A stretch of DNA of 64,000 nt from Bacteroidota bacterium (lineage in GTDB: Bacteria; Bacteroidota; Bacteroidia; Flavobacteriales; BACL11): positions 2,287 through 66,286 of the forward strand of contig JAYZXD010000026.1 of assembly GCA_036141595.1 (NCBI GenBank), written 5' to 3'. How positions within the stretch are numbered: position 1 is the stretch's first letter; the number at the start of each line of letters is the position of its first letter. The notes below the pieces were generated by a model that saw nothing but the letters and a program-made list of their open reading frames with translations, was not told where the DNA came from and ran no database searches. A program made the translations under genes and the position numbers. Of this stretch, positions 51,053-60,999 are shown piece after piece.

Positions 51053-51853
51053 ATGAAAATGAAAAACTTAACTCTACTGAAAATGAAAAATTTACTATTT
51101 CTTTTGCTATTTATTTTAAATTACTCTGTCTATTCACAGAATAATGCTACTGATTTTACAACTGAGGATTGTAATGGTGTAACACATAATTTATTTGATT
51201 CTTTAGATGCTGGAAATGTGATTGTTATTTCGTGGGTAATGCCGTGTGGTCCCTGTGCTACATATACACTTCCTGCCTACAATGCAGTTCAGACGTTTTC
51301 TTCAACACATCCTGGATTAGTTGATTTTTATTTAGCTGATGATTATGCAAATAGTTCCTGTACATCGATTGCTAATTGGGCAATTAACTATAATATGCCA
51401 AATCATACTGCCTTTTCTTCACCTGCAATAAACATGCTTGATTACGGTTCATTAGGCATGCCAAAAGTTGTTGTTTTAGGAGGAGAAGATCATACTGTTT
51501 TTTATAATGAAAATGATGATAAAATTAATTATGCGGCCGTTGAAATGGCAATAAATAACGCTTTGACGCCCAGTCTTGTATCAAATATTGCTACTTCATC
51601 AATAAATGTTTTTCCTAATCCTGCCAGTAAAACTTTAAATATAACTTTCACTGAAGAAAATTTCATTAATTTTAAAAGCTTAGAAATAAAAAATATTTAT
51701 GGCAAAGCTATAGAATCTTATTCTTTTAAGAATCTACAAAGTTATTTAGATAATTTGAAAATTGATATAAGCCACCTTGAAAATGGAACTTACTTTTTGA
51801 GTTTTTTAAGTGGTAAAAATAAAACAGTTGCAAAGTTTGTGGTTTTACATTAA
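51053..51853 (+). CDS. Thioredoxin-fold-like secreted protein with a T9SS C-terminal sorting domain
   Basis: 266 aa. A CxxC motif is present ([11 protein letters not shown]). The C-terminal Por-secretion tail is [16 protein letters not shown]...GTYFLSF...VAKFVV. Three in-frame ATGs at 51053, 51059 and 51083 arise from an imperfect 24-bp tandem duplication. The most signal-peptide-like start is 51083. Confidence 0.6.
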   Translation: MKMKNLTLLKMKNLLFLLLFILNYSVYSQNNATDFTTEDCNGVTHNLFDSLDAGNVIVISWVMPCGPCATYTLPAYNAVQTFSSTHPGLVDFYLADDYANSSCTSIANWAINYNMPNHTAFSSPAINMLDYGSLGMPKVVVLGGEDHTVFYNENDDKINYAAVEMAINNALTPSLVSNIATSSINVFPNPASKTLNITFTEENFINFKSLEIKNIYGKAIESYSFKNLQSYLDNLKIDISHLENGTYFLSFLSGKNKTVAKFVVLH

Positions 51854-54800
51854 CTTATGTAGTATTTCAATTGCAGATTTTGCTATAACACTGCCAGGGC
51901 CAAAAATCTTAGATACACCAGTTTTATATAAAAAATCATGATCTTGTTGAGGTATTACACCTCCTGCAATTACTAAAATATCTTGACGATTATGCTTTTT
52001 AAGCTGCTTTATTACTTCAGGTATTAATGTTTTATGACCTGCAGCAAGAGATGAGATTCCAATCATATGAACATCATTTTCAATAGCTTGATTAGCGACT
52101 TCCTCAGGTGTCTGAAATAGTGGTCCAATATCTACATCAAATCCTAAATCTGCAAATGCAGTAGCTACTATTTTGGCTCCTCTGTCATGTCCGTCTTGTC
52201 CCATTTTAGCTATCATTATTCTTGCTCTTCTTCCATTTTTTTCTGCAAATTTATTTGATAAATTTGAGGCTTCATCAAAATATTTATTCTCTTTTATAGC
52301 CATTTTGTATACTCCTGTTAATGTTTGGTTTTTAGCAACATATCTACCAAAACTTTTTTCTAATGCCTGTGAAATTTCTCCCAATGTTGCCCTTTCTTCC
52401 GCAGCTAATATAGCTAGTTCTAAAAGATTATCATTATTATTACATGCATCAGTAATCTTTGATAGTATTTTCTTGACTTTTTTATTGTTTCTATTCTTTT
52501 TAAGACTCTTTAGTTTTTTGATTTGGGATTTTCTGACTTCATCATTATTTATCTCAAGTATATCTATTGAACTATCTTCATGTTCAAGCGGGTTAAAATT
52601 AATGCCAACAATTATATCTTCATTATTGTCAATTCTTGCTTGTTTTTTTGCTGCAGCTTGTTCAATTTTAATTTTTGGCAAACCAGTTTCTATAGCTTTA
52701 GCCATTCCTCCAAGTTCTTCAATTTCATTAATTAGCGACCATGCTTTTTCAGCAATCTCATTTGTAAGATATTCAATATATACTGATCCACCCCATGGGT
52801 CAACAACATCACATAGATTTGCTTCTTTTTGCAAATAAAGTTGAGTTTCTCTTGCAATTTTGGCAGAGAATTCTGTTGGTAGTGCAATAGCTTCGTCCAG
52901 AGCGTTTGTGTGAAGACTTTGTGTTCCTCCCATCACTGCAGCCATCGCTTCAACACATGTTCTTGTTATATTATTAAATGGATCTTGTTCTGTCAAACTC
53001 CATCCACTTGTTTGGCAATGAGTTCTTAGCATTAACGATTTAGGATTCTTTGGATTAAATTTGGAAATTAATTGAGCCCATAATAGCCTAGCTGCTCTCA
53101 TTTTGGCTATTTCCATAAAATGATTCATACCAATTCCCCAAAAAAATGAAATTCTTGGGGCAAAGTCATCAATATTAATTCCTGCTTTTATACCTGTTCT
53201 CACATATTCTAAACCATCTGCCAATGTATATGCAAGTTCAATATCTGCAGTTGCACCTGCTTCTTGCATATGATATCCAGATACAGATATACTATTAAAT
53301 TTTGGCATTTTTTGAGAAGTATATTTAAAAATATCTGAAATTATTCTCATCGACTTTTCAGGAGGATATATGTAAGTATTTCTTACCATAAATTCTTTTA
53401 AAATATCGTTTTGTATTGTACCAGCCAGTTTATCAATTTTAACATTTTGTTCTTTAGCTACTGCAATATAAAAAGCTAGTATTGGCAATACAGCACCATT
53501 CATAGTCATTGATACTGACATTTTATCAAGTGGAATTCTATCAAAGAGTATTTTCATGTCTTCAATAGAATCAATAGCTACTCCTGCCATTCCTATATCT
53601 CCTTTTACTCTTACATGATCTGAATCGTACCCTCTATGCGTTGCAAGATCAAAAGCAACAGACAATCCCTTTTGACCAGCTTTAAGATTTTTTCTATAAA
53701 ATTTATTTGATTCCAAAGCTGTGGAAAAGCCTGCGTATTGTCTTATTGTCCATGGTCTTGTTGAGTACATCGAAGTGTATGGTCCTCTTAAATATGGGGG
53801 TGTGCCAGAAACATAGTTTAAATGTTTTATATTTTTTAGATCATCTTTATTAAATCTATTTTTTATTATAATATCCTCCGCTGTTTTCCAAAAAGATGTT
53901 GCTTTTTTATGTTTTATACTATTTGTTATGTTAAACTCTTTTAAAATTTCAGCTACTAAATAATCAATAAAATATGAGCCCTTTGTGGGGTCTTCAACTT
54001 TATCAAAGAAACTTTCTTTTTTAAGAATAATTTGCTGATTTCTGCATATTCTAGCTTTAAAATCGTCTCCTTCTTTGAGTTTAAGTTCTTTAGGGTAACT
54101 CATAATAGCATTAGCACCCCCAAAAATTGCTGACATACATTGTGTTGTGTTTTTAATTATATTATTGTAGGGAAATGTATCTTCTTTGTCTTTTGAATTG
54201 TTAATAGATAAAATAAATGGATCAAATCCTGATTTGTTTTTCCATATTATTCTAAAAGCTTTAATTTTTGCTATCTCTAAAAAATAGTCACTACCTGTTT
54301 CAAAAATAAACTGATAGTTTTTTTTGATGCCTTTAGTTTGAGATAATGCACTTTTAATTTGTTCATTCACAGTATCACCTTTTACAATTATTGAGTTTAA
54401 AAAATTTTTGGTATCAAAATCTGTGTTACTATGAAATGCTCCTTGAACTTTTCTGTTTTTTGAAAATTCATTCCATTTTTTTGGGAAATTTTTGTCATAA
54501 TTAGAAAAATCTATTCTAATATGCTCAATAGATATATCTTTAAGTAGACAAGATAAATTTTTTGGATTAGAGAAGCAAATACCATTAACATTGTTTTTTA
54601 AAGCATTCAAAGCTATCTTATTTGCTTTTTTTGCATCTACAACTTCTATAAATTCATAAATATGCCAACTTTCTGGAAAATTTATGTTATACGTTTTAAT
54701 CTTGTCGTCATAATGATACAAAGTATCAATATTTATTCCTTGTCTCTTTTTTTTTAAATTATTTTTATTTGTTAAATTTAAGTTGAGGTATAGTTGTTTC

Positions 54801-54859
54801 TCCCACTCTTTCTTTGTAACAGCTTTGAAATTATATTCTAATTTTTTGTTTTTTTTCAT
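51845..54859 (-). CDS. Methylmalonyl-CoA mutase-family protein: MutA-like N-terminal region fused to a MutB-type catalytic barrel and a C-terminal cobalamin-binding domain
   Basis: 1004 aa in one continuous frame. Residues from about 323 onward are colinear with MCM large subunits ([62 protein letters not shown]). The C-terminal B12 motif is [23 protein letters not shown] (DxHxxG). The first roughly 320 aa resemble the N-terminal part of MCM small subunits (KKEWEKQL...INIDTLY). Confidence 0.8.
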   Translation of the reverse strand: MKKNKKLEYNFKAVTKKEWEKQLYLNLNLTNKNNLKKKRQGINIDTLYHYDDKIKTYNINFPESWHIYEFIEVVDAKKANKIALNALKNNVNGICFSNPKNLSCLLKDISIEHIRIDFSNYDKNFPKKWNEFSKNRKVQGAFHSNTDFDTKNFLNSIIVKGDTVNEQIKSALSQTKGIKKNYQFIFETGSDYFLEIAKIKAFRIIWKNKSGFDPFILSINNSKDKEDTFPYNNIIKNTTQCMSAIFGGANAIMSYPKELKLKEGDDFKARICRNQQIILKKESFFDKVEDPTKGSYFIDYLVAEILKEFNITNSIKHKKATSFWKTAEDIIIKNRFNKDDLKNIKHLNYVSGTPPYLRGPYTSMYSTRPWTIRQYAGFSTALESNKFYRKNLKAGQKGLSVAFDLATHRGYDSDHVRVKGDIGMAGVAIDSIEDMKILFDRIPLDKMSVSMTMNGAVLPILAFYIAVAKEQNVKIDKLAGTIQNDILKEFMVRNTYIYPPEKSMRIISDIFKYTSQKMPKFNSISVSGYHMQEAGATADIELAYTLADGLEYVRTGIKAGINIDDFAPRISFFWGIGMNHFMEIAKMRAARLLWAQLISKFNPKNPKSLMLRTHCQTSGWSLTEQDPFNNITRTCVEAMAAVMGGTQSLHTNALDEAIALPTEFSAKIARETQLYLQKEANLCDVVDPWGGSVYIEYLTNEIAEKAWSLINEIEELGGMAKAIETGLPKIKIEQAAAKKQARIDNNEDIIVGINFNPLEHEDSSIDILEINNDEVRKSQIKKLKSLKKNRNNKKVKKILSKITDACNNNDNLLELAILAAEERATLGEISQALEKSFGRYVAKNQTLTGVYKMAIKENKYFDEASNLSNKFAEKNGRRARIMIAKMGQDGHDRGAKIVATAFADLGFDVDIGPLFQTPEEVANQAIENDVHMIGISSLAAGHKTLIPEVIKQLKKHNRQDILVIAGGVIPQQDHDFLYKTGVSKIFGPGSVIAKSAIEILHKLM

Positions 54860-55158
54860 CTTATAATAAAAAGATCTTCATTATCTTTTTTCATTAGGTA
54901 TTTCTCTCTAGCTATTCTTTCTTGTTCATTAACATTATTTTCTAAAAGTACTTTTTTTATACTATCTTTTTTTATTTCGTTGCTGAGAAATTTCTTTCTT
55001 TCTTGTAAATAATTTATTTTTTCGATTGTTGCTTTTTTATTAATTAAGTTATAGTCATCAATAAAAAGCATCCAAATTGAAAAAAGAAAAATTGTTATTA
55101 TGTATTTGTTGGCTATCAGCTTAATAATTTGGATGTAAAATGATTTTTCTTTACCCAT
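54856..55158 (-). CDS. FtsB/DivIC-like septum formation initiator protein
   Basis: About 100 aa: one TM helix followed by a coiled coil ([26 protein letters not shown]). ATG at 55158 is preferred over the TTG at 55209. Confidence 0.6.
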   Translation of the reverse strand: MGKEKSFYIQIIKLIANKYIITIFLFSIWMLFIDDYNLINKKATIEKINYLQERKKFLSNEIKKDSIKKVLLENNVNEQERIAREKYLMKKDNEDLFIIR

Positions 55159-55213
55159 AATACAAAGATATAAAAAGCAAAAAAAAATACTTAGGTTAAA
55201 AAATATCAAATAA

Positions 55214-55927
55214 TTATAAGTTTTTACCTAATAAGAAAATGGTTGGTTTTTTTTCTAATTTTACTTTTTGTGACTTCCACTCATAGAGATATTTTGTTTT
55301 GATATATTCTTTGGAAGAGGTTAAATCGCATGCAATGCACAACTTTATATTGTTAGAGCAAGTATTTAAAATACTTGAAAATAGTTGATTATTTCTATAT
55401 GGGGTTTCAATAAATATTTGTGTTTGATTTTTTGATAGAATAATTTGTTCAAATTGTTTTAGTTGTTTTTCTCTCATTTTTTTTTCAATAGCCAAATAGC
55501 CATTAAAAGTAAAGTTTTGTCCGTTAAATCCAGAACCCATTAAAGCAAGTAATATTGACGATGGGCCAACCAAGGGTACCACATCTACTTGATATTCGTG
55601 TGCATAACAAACAATTTCAGCGCCCGGATCAGCAATACAAGGCATACCGGCATCGGATAGTAGCCCAATATTTTTATTTAGTAAAATATTTTTTAAAAAA
55701 TCTTCTTGTAAGTTTATTTTATTATGCTTACCATTTAATAAAAATATTATATCACTGATATTTTTTTCTTTATATATTTTTTTGATGTTTCTTCTCGCAG
55801 ACTTTATGTTTTCTACAATAAAAATATCTATTTCTTGAATCGCTTTTTTAATTGGTTTAGTTAAGGATTCTTCATGTCGATTTTCAGCTATTACTGAAGG
55901 TATTAAATATAGTTTTCCTTTACTCAA
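55214..55927 (-). CDS. SAM-dependent methyltransferase, tetrapyrrole-methylase (RsmI-like) fold
   Basis: 237 aa. GKLYLIPSVIAE at the N-terminus and LLSDAGMPCIADPGA are typical of RsmI-like TP-methylase family proteins. Confidence 0.65.
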   Translation of the reverse strand: MSKGKLYLIPSVIAENRHEESLTKPIKKAIQEIDIFIVENIKSARRNIKKIYKEKNISDIIFLLNGKHNKINLQEDFLKNILLNKNIGLLSDAGMPCIADPGAEIVCYAHEYQVDVVPLVGPSSILLALMGSGFNGQNFTFNGYLAIEKKMREKQLKQFEQIILSKNQTQIFIETPYRNNQLFSSILNTCSNNIKLCIACDLTSSKEYIKTKYLYEWKSQKVKLEKKPTIFLLGKNL

Positions 55928-56371
55928 TGTTTTCTATTATTTTATCGCAAGCTTCATCTAATAATTTAAAAACTATTTCAAATCCGTCTTTGTTTCCATA
56001 ATATGGGTCTGGTACGGATTTATTTAAGCATGGCTCTATTTCATTTAAAATTAGTTTGATTTTTTCTTTCTCTTTAGTTGTAGTAGCCTTCTTTTTTAAA
56101 TCATTATAATTATTAATATCCATAGCGAAAATAATATCGAACTTGTTGAAATCAGATTTTTCAAATTGTCTCGCTTTATATTTGCTGATATTGATATTAT
56201 TTTTTTCAGCAATTTCTATTGCTCTTCTGTCAGGTGATTTGCCTGAATGATACTCTGCTGTTCCAGCAGATTCAACCAATTTAATTAAATTTTGTTTATT
56301 TTTTTTTTAAGAATTCCTTCAGCTAAAGGAGATCTACATATGTTGCCTAAGCAAACCATTAGTATTTTCAT
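55920..56371 (-). pseudogene. Low-molecular-weight protein-tyrosine phosphatase (arsenate reductase/LMW-PTP fold) interrupted by a frameshift in an A10 tract
   Basis: Hand translation from the ATG at 56371, 2 nt after the dnaA stop, gives MKILMVCLGNICRSPLAEGILKKKINKI*. This contains the canonical CX5R(S) P-loop. The remainder (..NKQNLIKLVESAGTAEYHSGKSPDRRA...VPDPYYG...) continues in the -1 frame, which is the listed ORF 55920-56279. The frames switch inside the T10 run at 56299-56308 (A10 in the mRNA sense). One additional A would give an uninterrupted protein of about 150 aa. Confidence 0.8.
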
Positions 56372-56373
56372 TA

Positions 56374-57807
56374 CTATGATAGTGTTAATTTTTTTTCTAT
56401 ATCTGAAAGATATCCCTTAAAGCGCTTGTCTGTGTCTGCAAGATTATTTACTGTTTTACAAGCATGTAAAACAGTGGCGTGATCTTTATTTCCGCAATGT
56501 TTTCCAATCATAGCTAGTGAATTTTTTGTCATTTGTTTTGAAAAGTACATTGCTAGTTGTCTGCACTGTACAATTTCTCTTTTTCTAGTTTTAGATTTCA
56601 TTGTTTCAATAGGAATATCAAAGTAGTCACATATTACCTTTTGTATAAAATCAATCGAAACTTCGCGGACTGTGTTTTTGACAAATTTATCAAGCATGCT
56701 TTTTGCTAAATCTATCGTGATTTCCTTTTTGTTCAATGATGATTGTGCAAGCAAAGATATGAGAGCGCCTTCAAGTTCTCTAACGTTAGTTGTTATAGAA
56801 TATGCGATATACTCAATAACTTCATACGGAATTTCAATTCCGTCTTTTTTGATTTTTTTCTTTAGAATGGCAAGTCTTGTCTCTAGTTCAGGTGATTGTA
56901 GATCGGCAGAAAGTCCCCATTTAAATCTAGATAATAGCCTTTGTTCCATGCCAACTATGTCAACTGGTGCTTTGTCAGAAGTAAGGATAACTTGTTTTTT
57001 ATTTTGATGTAAATGGTTAAAAATATGAAAGAAAACATCTTGGGTTTTCTCTTTACCACATAAAAATTGTACATCATCGATAATTAAAACGTCTATAGAT
57101 TGATAAAAATGAACAAAATCATTTTTTTTATTATCCATTATTGCGTCTACGAACTGAGTTTGAAATTTATCAGCTGAAACATATAAAACTGTTTTATCAG
57201 GTTTTGTATTTTTTATTTCAATTCCAATTGCATTAGCAAGATGAGTTTTTCCTAGTCCTCCGTTACCGTAAATAAATAATGGATTAAAAGATGTTCCTCC
57301 TGGATTTTGAGAAACTGCATATCCTGCAGAGCGAGCTAATCTGTTACAGTCACCTTCAACAAAAGCGTCAAATGTATATGATTCGTTTAGTTGAGGATTT
57401 ATATTTATTTTTTGCAGACCAGGAATAATAAATGGATTTCTGATTGAAGAGCTGCTGCTCATATCCATTGGTATGCTGATAGGCTGGTTAGTTACTGTTT
57501 CTTGTCCTGTGCTTGGAACTTTAGTGATGTAGGGTTTTTTAGATCCTGGATTGTCTAATAAAATATTATACTCAAGTTTAGCATCTTTTCCTAGTTCTCT
57601 TTTTAGTGTTTTTTTAATTAGTGTAATGTAGTTGTTTTCAATCCATTCATAAAAGAATTGACTTGGTACCTGTATCGTTAGAATCTGTTTATTTAGACTT
57701 ACAGCTTTTATTGGTTTGAACCATGTTTTGAAGTTTTGTGCTGTAACATTATCTCTAATTATATTTAAGCAATTATTCCAAATTTCTTGACAACTTGTTT
57801 CGGGCAT
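56374..57807 (-). CDS. dnaA: Chromosomal replication initiator protein DnaA
   Basis: 477 aa. The AAA+ Walker A is GNGGLGKTHL and Walker B is LIIDDVQFL. The C-terminal DNA-binding domain is CRQLAMYFSKQMT...IGKHCGNKDHATVLHACK. Confidence 0.95.
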   Translation of the reverse strand: MPETSCQEIWNNCLNIIRDNVTAQNFKTWFKPIKAVSLNKQILTIQVPSQFFYEWIENNYITLIKKTLKRELGKDAKLEYNILLDNPGSKKPYITKVPSTGQETVTNQPISIPMDMSSSSSIRNPFIIPGLQKININPQLNESYTFDAFVEGDCNRLARSAGYAVSQNPGGTSFNPLFIYGNGGLGKTHLANAIGIEIKNTKPDKTVLYVSADKFQTQFVDAIMDNKKNDFVHFYQSIDVLIIDDVQFLCGKEKTQDVFFHIFNHLHQNKKQVILTSDKAPVDIVGMEQRLLSRFKWGLSADLQSPELETRLAILKKKIKKDGIEIPYEVIEYIAYSITTNVRELEGALISLLAQSSLNKKEITIDLAKSMLDKFVKNTVREVSIDFIQKVICDYFDIPIETMKSKTRKREIVQCRQLAMYFSKQMTKNSLAMIGKHCGNKDHATVLHACKTVNNLADTDKRFKGYLSDIEKKLTLS

Positions 57808-57981
57808 TTTAGATACTTATTTAGCTTTTGTTTTACAGTTTATAATTTGTTTTAGTGTTAGCAAATATTAAAAAGATATTGTTAATATAAAAGAAAATTT
57901 ACGCTTGACTTTTAATTTTTTTTTACTTGTTAAATTTGCTAGATAAGGGTTTTTTCTAAAAATCTTAAAAAAGCATCAATT

Positions 57982-58905
57982 TTATGCATTTTTTGTATTT
58001 TTTTTAACAAAAATGGGGCTTCCAAAAACTTTTTTTAAATGCTTATTTTGATAAAAATTAAAATCAATCCTGCCAATATTTATTCCACCCCAACCCACTT
58101 GATTTATTATTACATCTTTTTTTTCTTTATTTTTAACGTACAAAGGTTCTTCAAGAAACGAATGTGTGTGTCCACCAATTATTAAATCGATATGTTTACT
58201 TTCTTGAGCTAATACTATATCAGAGACTTTAGATGTTTTATATTTTAGTCCAAGATGGGATAAACATATAATTAAATCACATTTTTTTTCTTTTTTGAGA
58301 AATTTGGCAGTATTGTTAGATTTGATTATTGGATCTTCATATATAACATTACCATAAAGTTTTTTAGGTACAAGTCCTTCAAGTTGAACACCAATTCCAA
58401 ATACACCTATTTTAATTCCTCCTTTTTTAAAAATTTTGAATTTTTTAAATTTATTTTTCAAGTTAGTTTTTTCAAAATTATAATTTGAACTTATAAAAGG
58501 AAAATTAGCATATGGTAATTGTTTTTCAAGTTCATCTAGTCCATTATCAAAGTCATGATTTCCTAATGTTGCGGCATCATATTGCATTTCACTCATAAGC
58601 TTAAGTTCCAACTCACCTTTGAAGTAATTAAAGTATGGGGTTCCTTGAAATATGTCTCCTGCATCAAATAATAGTACATGTTTATTTTTTTTTCTTATAT
58701 CATTAATTATTGTTGCTCTTTCCGCCATACCACCGTAACCTTTATATTTACCTGTTTTAAATGGATGTATTCTACTGTGAGTGTCGTTTGTATGTAAAAT
58801 AGTAAGTTTTGTTAATTTTTCATTTTTGATAGTAAAGGATGGTAATATTGTCATCCCTAATGCACCAATGCAGCTATTTTTTATAAATTTTCTTCTACTA
58901 TTCAT
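57982..58905 (-). CDS. Metallophosphoesterase, equivalent to the N-terminal catalytic domain of a 5'-nucleotidase/UshA-type enzyme, with a Tat-like signal
   Basis: 307 aa. The N-terminus is twin-arginine-like (MNSRRKFIKNSCIGALGMT). Metallophosphatase motifs are ILHTNDTHS, GDIFQG, GNHDFD and GGHTH. Confidence 0.8.
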   Translation of the reverse strand: MNSRRKFIKNSCIGALGMTILPSFTIKNEKLTKLTILHTNDTHSRIHPFKTGKYKGYGGMAERATIINDIRKKNKHVLLFDAGDIFQGTPYFNYFKGELELKLMSEMQYDAATLGNHDFDNGLDELEKQLPYANFPFISSNYNFEKTNLKNKFKKFKIFKKGGIKIGVFGIGVQLEGLVPKKLYGNVIYEDPIIKSNNTAKFLKKEKKCDLIICLSHLGLKYKTSKVSDIVLAQESKHIDLIIGGHTHSFLEEPLYVKNKEKKDVIINQVGWGGINIGRIDFNFYQNKHLKKVFGSPIFVKKNTKNA

Positions 58906-59626
58906 GATTTAGAATTATTCTTTCGTCTAATGTCACTTTTAGTGTATCAATCTGACTACAGTAGTCAATTATAACATCTCTTAATTTTAAATTTAATTTC
59001 TTCTTCTCAATTTTTTTGAAGAAATTCATGTTATCACCTCCATTTGCTAAATAATCAGATGTTAAAATTTTAATTTTTGTATTAATTGCAAAAAAGTTAT
59101 CTATATTTAACGTGTCGTTTATATGTACTTTAGTTTCATTTTTAAATGATTTAATGTTCATGCCTGAAAATGGTTCTCCTGAACGATTAATTATATAATC
59201 TATAAGTAATTTAAATGTCTCTTTATTTGTTTCTAATATAACAAGTTCATTTTCAAAAGGCATTAACTCATATATTTTTTCTCTTGTGACGTGTCCTTGA
59301 TAGATTTCAGTTCTAAGTCCTCCTTTATTCATAATACAAATGTCAGCATCAGCATAATGCAGACAAAGATCAGCTACAAAATTACCAATTGTACTTTCAG
59401 GAGTATTTTTTGTGAGATCATATTTTGAATAACATAAGGTATCTTTCATATACTGATAAATAATTTTATCATAAGGTTCTATTAAAGAACTAACTTTATT
59501 ATCAGATTTTATATTTTGAACTTTAATATAACTTTGACTTTTATTAAATTTTGTATTGTAAAACCCATTTGAGCATGCAAAGAAAAGCAATGCAGATAAT
59601 AAAAATAGTTTGTTTTTCATTTTCAT
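58898..59626 (-). CDS. 5'-nucleotidase C-terminal (substrate-binding) domain lipoprotein
   Basis: About 242 aa with a lipobox (LLFFACSNG). The region TIGNFVADL...GGLR...TREKIYELMPFEN...ILTSDYLANGGD is typical of 5_nucleotid_C domains. It overlaps the downstream metallophosphatase gene by 8 nt. Confidence 0.75.
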   Translation of the reverse strand: MKMKNKLFLLSALLFFACSNGFYNTKFNKSQSYIKVQNIKSDNKVSSLIEPYDKIIYQYMKDTLCYSKYDLTKNTPESTIGNFVADLCLHYADADICIMNKGGLRTEIYQGHVTREKIYELMPFENELVILETNKETFKLLIDYIINRSGEPFSGMNIKSFKNETKVHINDTLNIDNFFAINTKIKILTSDYLANGGDNMNFFKKIEKKKLNLKLRDVIIDYCSQIDTLKVTLDERIILNHE

Positions 59627-59674
59627 AAACAATGCAATATTAGAATTTTTAGTTTTAATATGTATTATTGCAAT

Positions 59675-60082
59675 ATGTATTTTTTTGAAACTACATTAAG
59701 AGTTAGGTATGCAGAAACCGATCAAATGGGTTTTGCTTATTACGGTTCCTATGCGCAATATTATGAAGTTGGAAGAGTTGAGTTACTTAGGTCACTTGGT
59801 TTTTCATATAAGACAATTGAAAATATGGGCTTTGCTTTACCTGTGATCAATTGGAATATTTCTTATAAAAAACCTGCTTTTTACGATGATGAGTTAACTA
59901 TTAAAACAATGATTAATAAAGTTCCATCTAAAACAATTGTATTTGAATATGAAATTTACAATGAAGCAAATGAATTGTTAAATATTGGACAAGTTACTCT
60001 AATGTTTGTAAACATTCAGACAAATAAAACTTGCACGGCACCTCAGTTAATAATAGATAGCATAAAAGAAAAATTAACCTAA
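59675..60082 (+). CDS. Acyl-CoA thioesterase, YbgC/4HBT hotdog family
   Basis: RVRYAETDQMGFAYYGSYAQYYEVGRVELLRSLG is typical of the YbgC family. ATG at 59675 is preferred; the alternative is 59660. Confidence 0.8.
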   Translation: MYFFETTLRVRYAETDQMGFAYYGSYAQYYEVGRVELLRSLGFSYKTIENMGFALPVINWNISYKKPAFYDDELTIKTMINKVPSKTIVFEYEIYNEANELLNIGQVTLMFVNIQTNKTCTAPQLIIDSIKEKLT

Positions 60083-60951
60083 TTTAGTAAAGATATTTTT
60101 TTTAAAACTAAGTCAATCATTTTATTTACAGTAAGATAGTAGTTTTTACTGTAACTTTTAGAAAGACGATTTCCAATCACAGCACAAATTGTTAAAGTGT
60201 TATGACCAAGAGTTTTACCCAAAAAATATAGAGCAGAAGTTTCCATTTCAAAATTTTTTATTTTTAAATTTTTAAATTTAAAATTTTGCATTTTTTCTTC
60301 CAACAATTCAATTGAGGGAGAAATTCTAAGTTCTCTTCCTTGCGGCCCATAAAATCCTGGAGCAGTAGCGGTAATACCTTGATTAATATCTCCAAAAAGA
60401 TTTAATAAATTTTGAGAAGCTTTCACAACGTATGGTTCTGATAACTTTTTAGGCCATTTCATATGTTGTAAAAAAGCTTTACTAAGATCATAATTTAATA
60501 CATTTTTGTTGATGTAGTAGTGAGCTAAGTTATCTAATCCTAATGCGTATGAAGAAGCAATTAATGAATCAACTTTTATATTTTTTTGTAGTGCACCACA
60601 AGTTCCAATCCTTATAATATTTAATGATTTTGTTTTTTGTTTTTTGATTCTTGTTTTAAAATCGATGTTGAATAATGCATCTAATTCGTTTATTACAATA
60701 TCAATGTTATCAGGGCCAATACCTGTTGAAATGACACTTATTTTTTTTTTATTAATTAATCCAGTGTGAGTTATAAACTCTCTATGTTGTGTTCTATGAA
60801 TTACTCTGTCAAATTTATTTGAAACCAGCTCTACTCTTTCAGGGTCTCCTACTAAAATAATTGTGTCAGCTATTTCTTCTTTTGATAAGTTTAGATGATA
60901 AATTTTATTTTTATTTGAAAGTATTAGTTCTGTGTCAGCTATGCTATTCAT
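60079..60951 (-). CDS. Nucleoside phosphorylase (PNP/UDP family, uridine-phosphorylase-like)
   Basis: 290 aa. Motifs are ILVGDPERV, RIGTCGALQ and FEMETSALY. Confidence 0.75.
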   Translation of the reverse strand: MNSIADTELILSNKNKIYHLNLSKEEIADTIILVGDPERVELVSNKFDRVIHRTQHREFITHTGLINKKKISVISTGIGPDNIDIVINELDALFNIDFKTRIKKQKTKSLNIIRIGTCGALQKNIKVDSLIASSYALGLDNLAHYYINKNVLNYDLSKAFLQHMKWPKKLSEPYVVKASQNLLNLFGDINQGITATAPGFYGPQGRELRISPSIELLEEKMQNFKFKNLKIKNFEMETSALYFLGKTLGHNTLTICAVIGNRLSKSYSKNYYLTVNKMIDLVLKKISLLN

Positions 60952-60999
60952 AGTAAATATGTAATTTTGTAATTACAAATTTAACTAAATAATACAAGT

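Noticed and set aside
51054-51101. Imperfect 24-bp tandem duplication at the 5' end of the Trx-like T9SS gene (tgaaaatgaaaaacttaactctac / tgaaaatgaaaaatttactatttc)
   Set aside because: About 18 of 24 positions are identical. The sequence is AT-rich and low-complexity, so this is most simply a small slippage duplication creating alternative in-frame ATGs. There is no evidence of a regulatory role.
52173-52838. 221-aa ORF on the plus strand, antisense to the methylmalonyl-CoA mutase gene
   Set aside because: It lies entirely within a very well supported gene on the opposite strand. Its translation is low-complexity and rich in S, L, F and I, with no recognisable motif. This is a typical shadow ORF.
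57808-57981. Possible oriC in the 174-bp AT-rich spacer upstream of dnaA
   Set aside because: I found no TTATCCACA or TGTGGATAA DnaA box, nor a close variant cluster, in the spacer by eye. The only TTATC-containing element is a single weak site (AGATAAGGG). The spacer is short, and neighbouring gene orientation does not show a clear strand switch. The origin may lie elsewhere. A DnaA-box and GC-skew scan of the whole replicon is needed.
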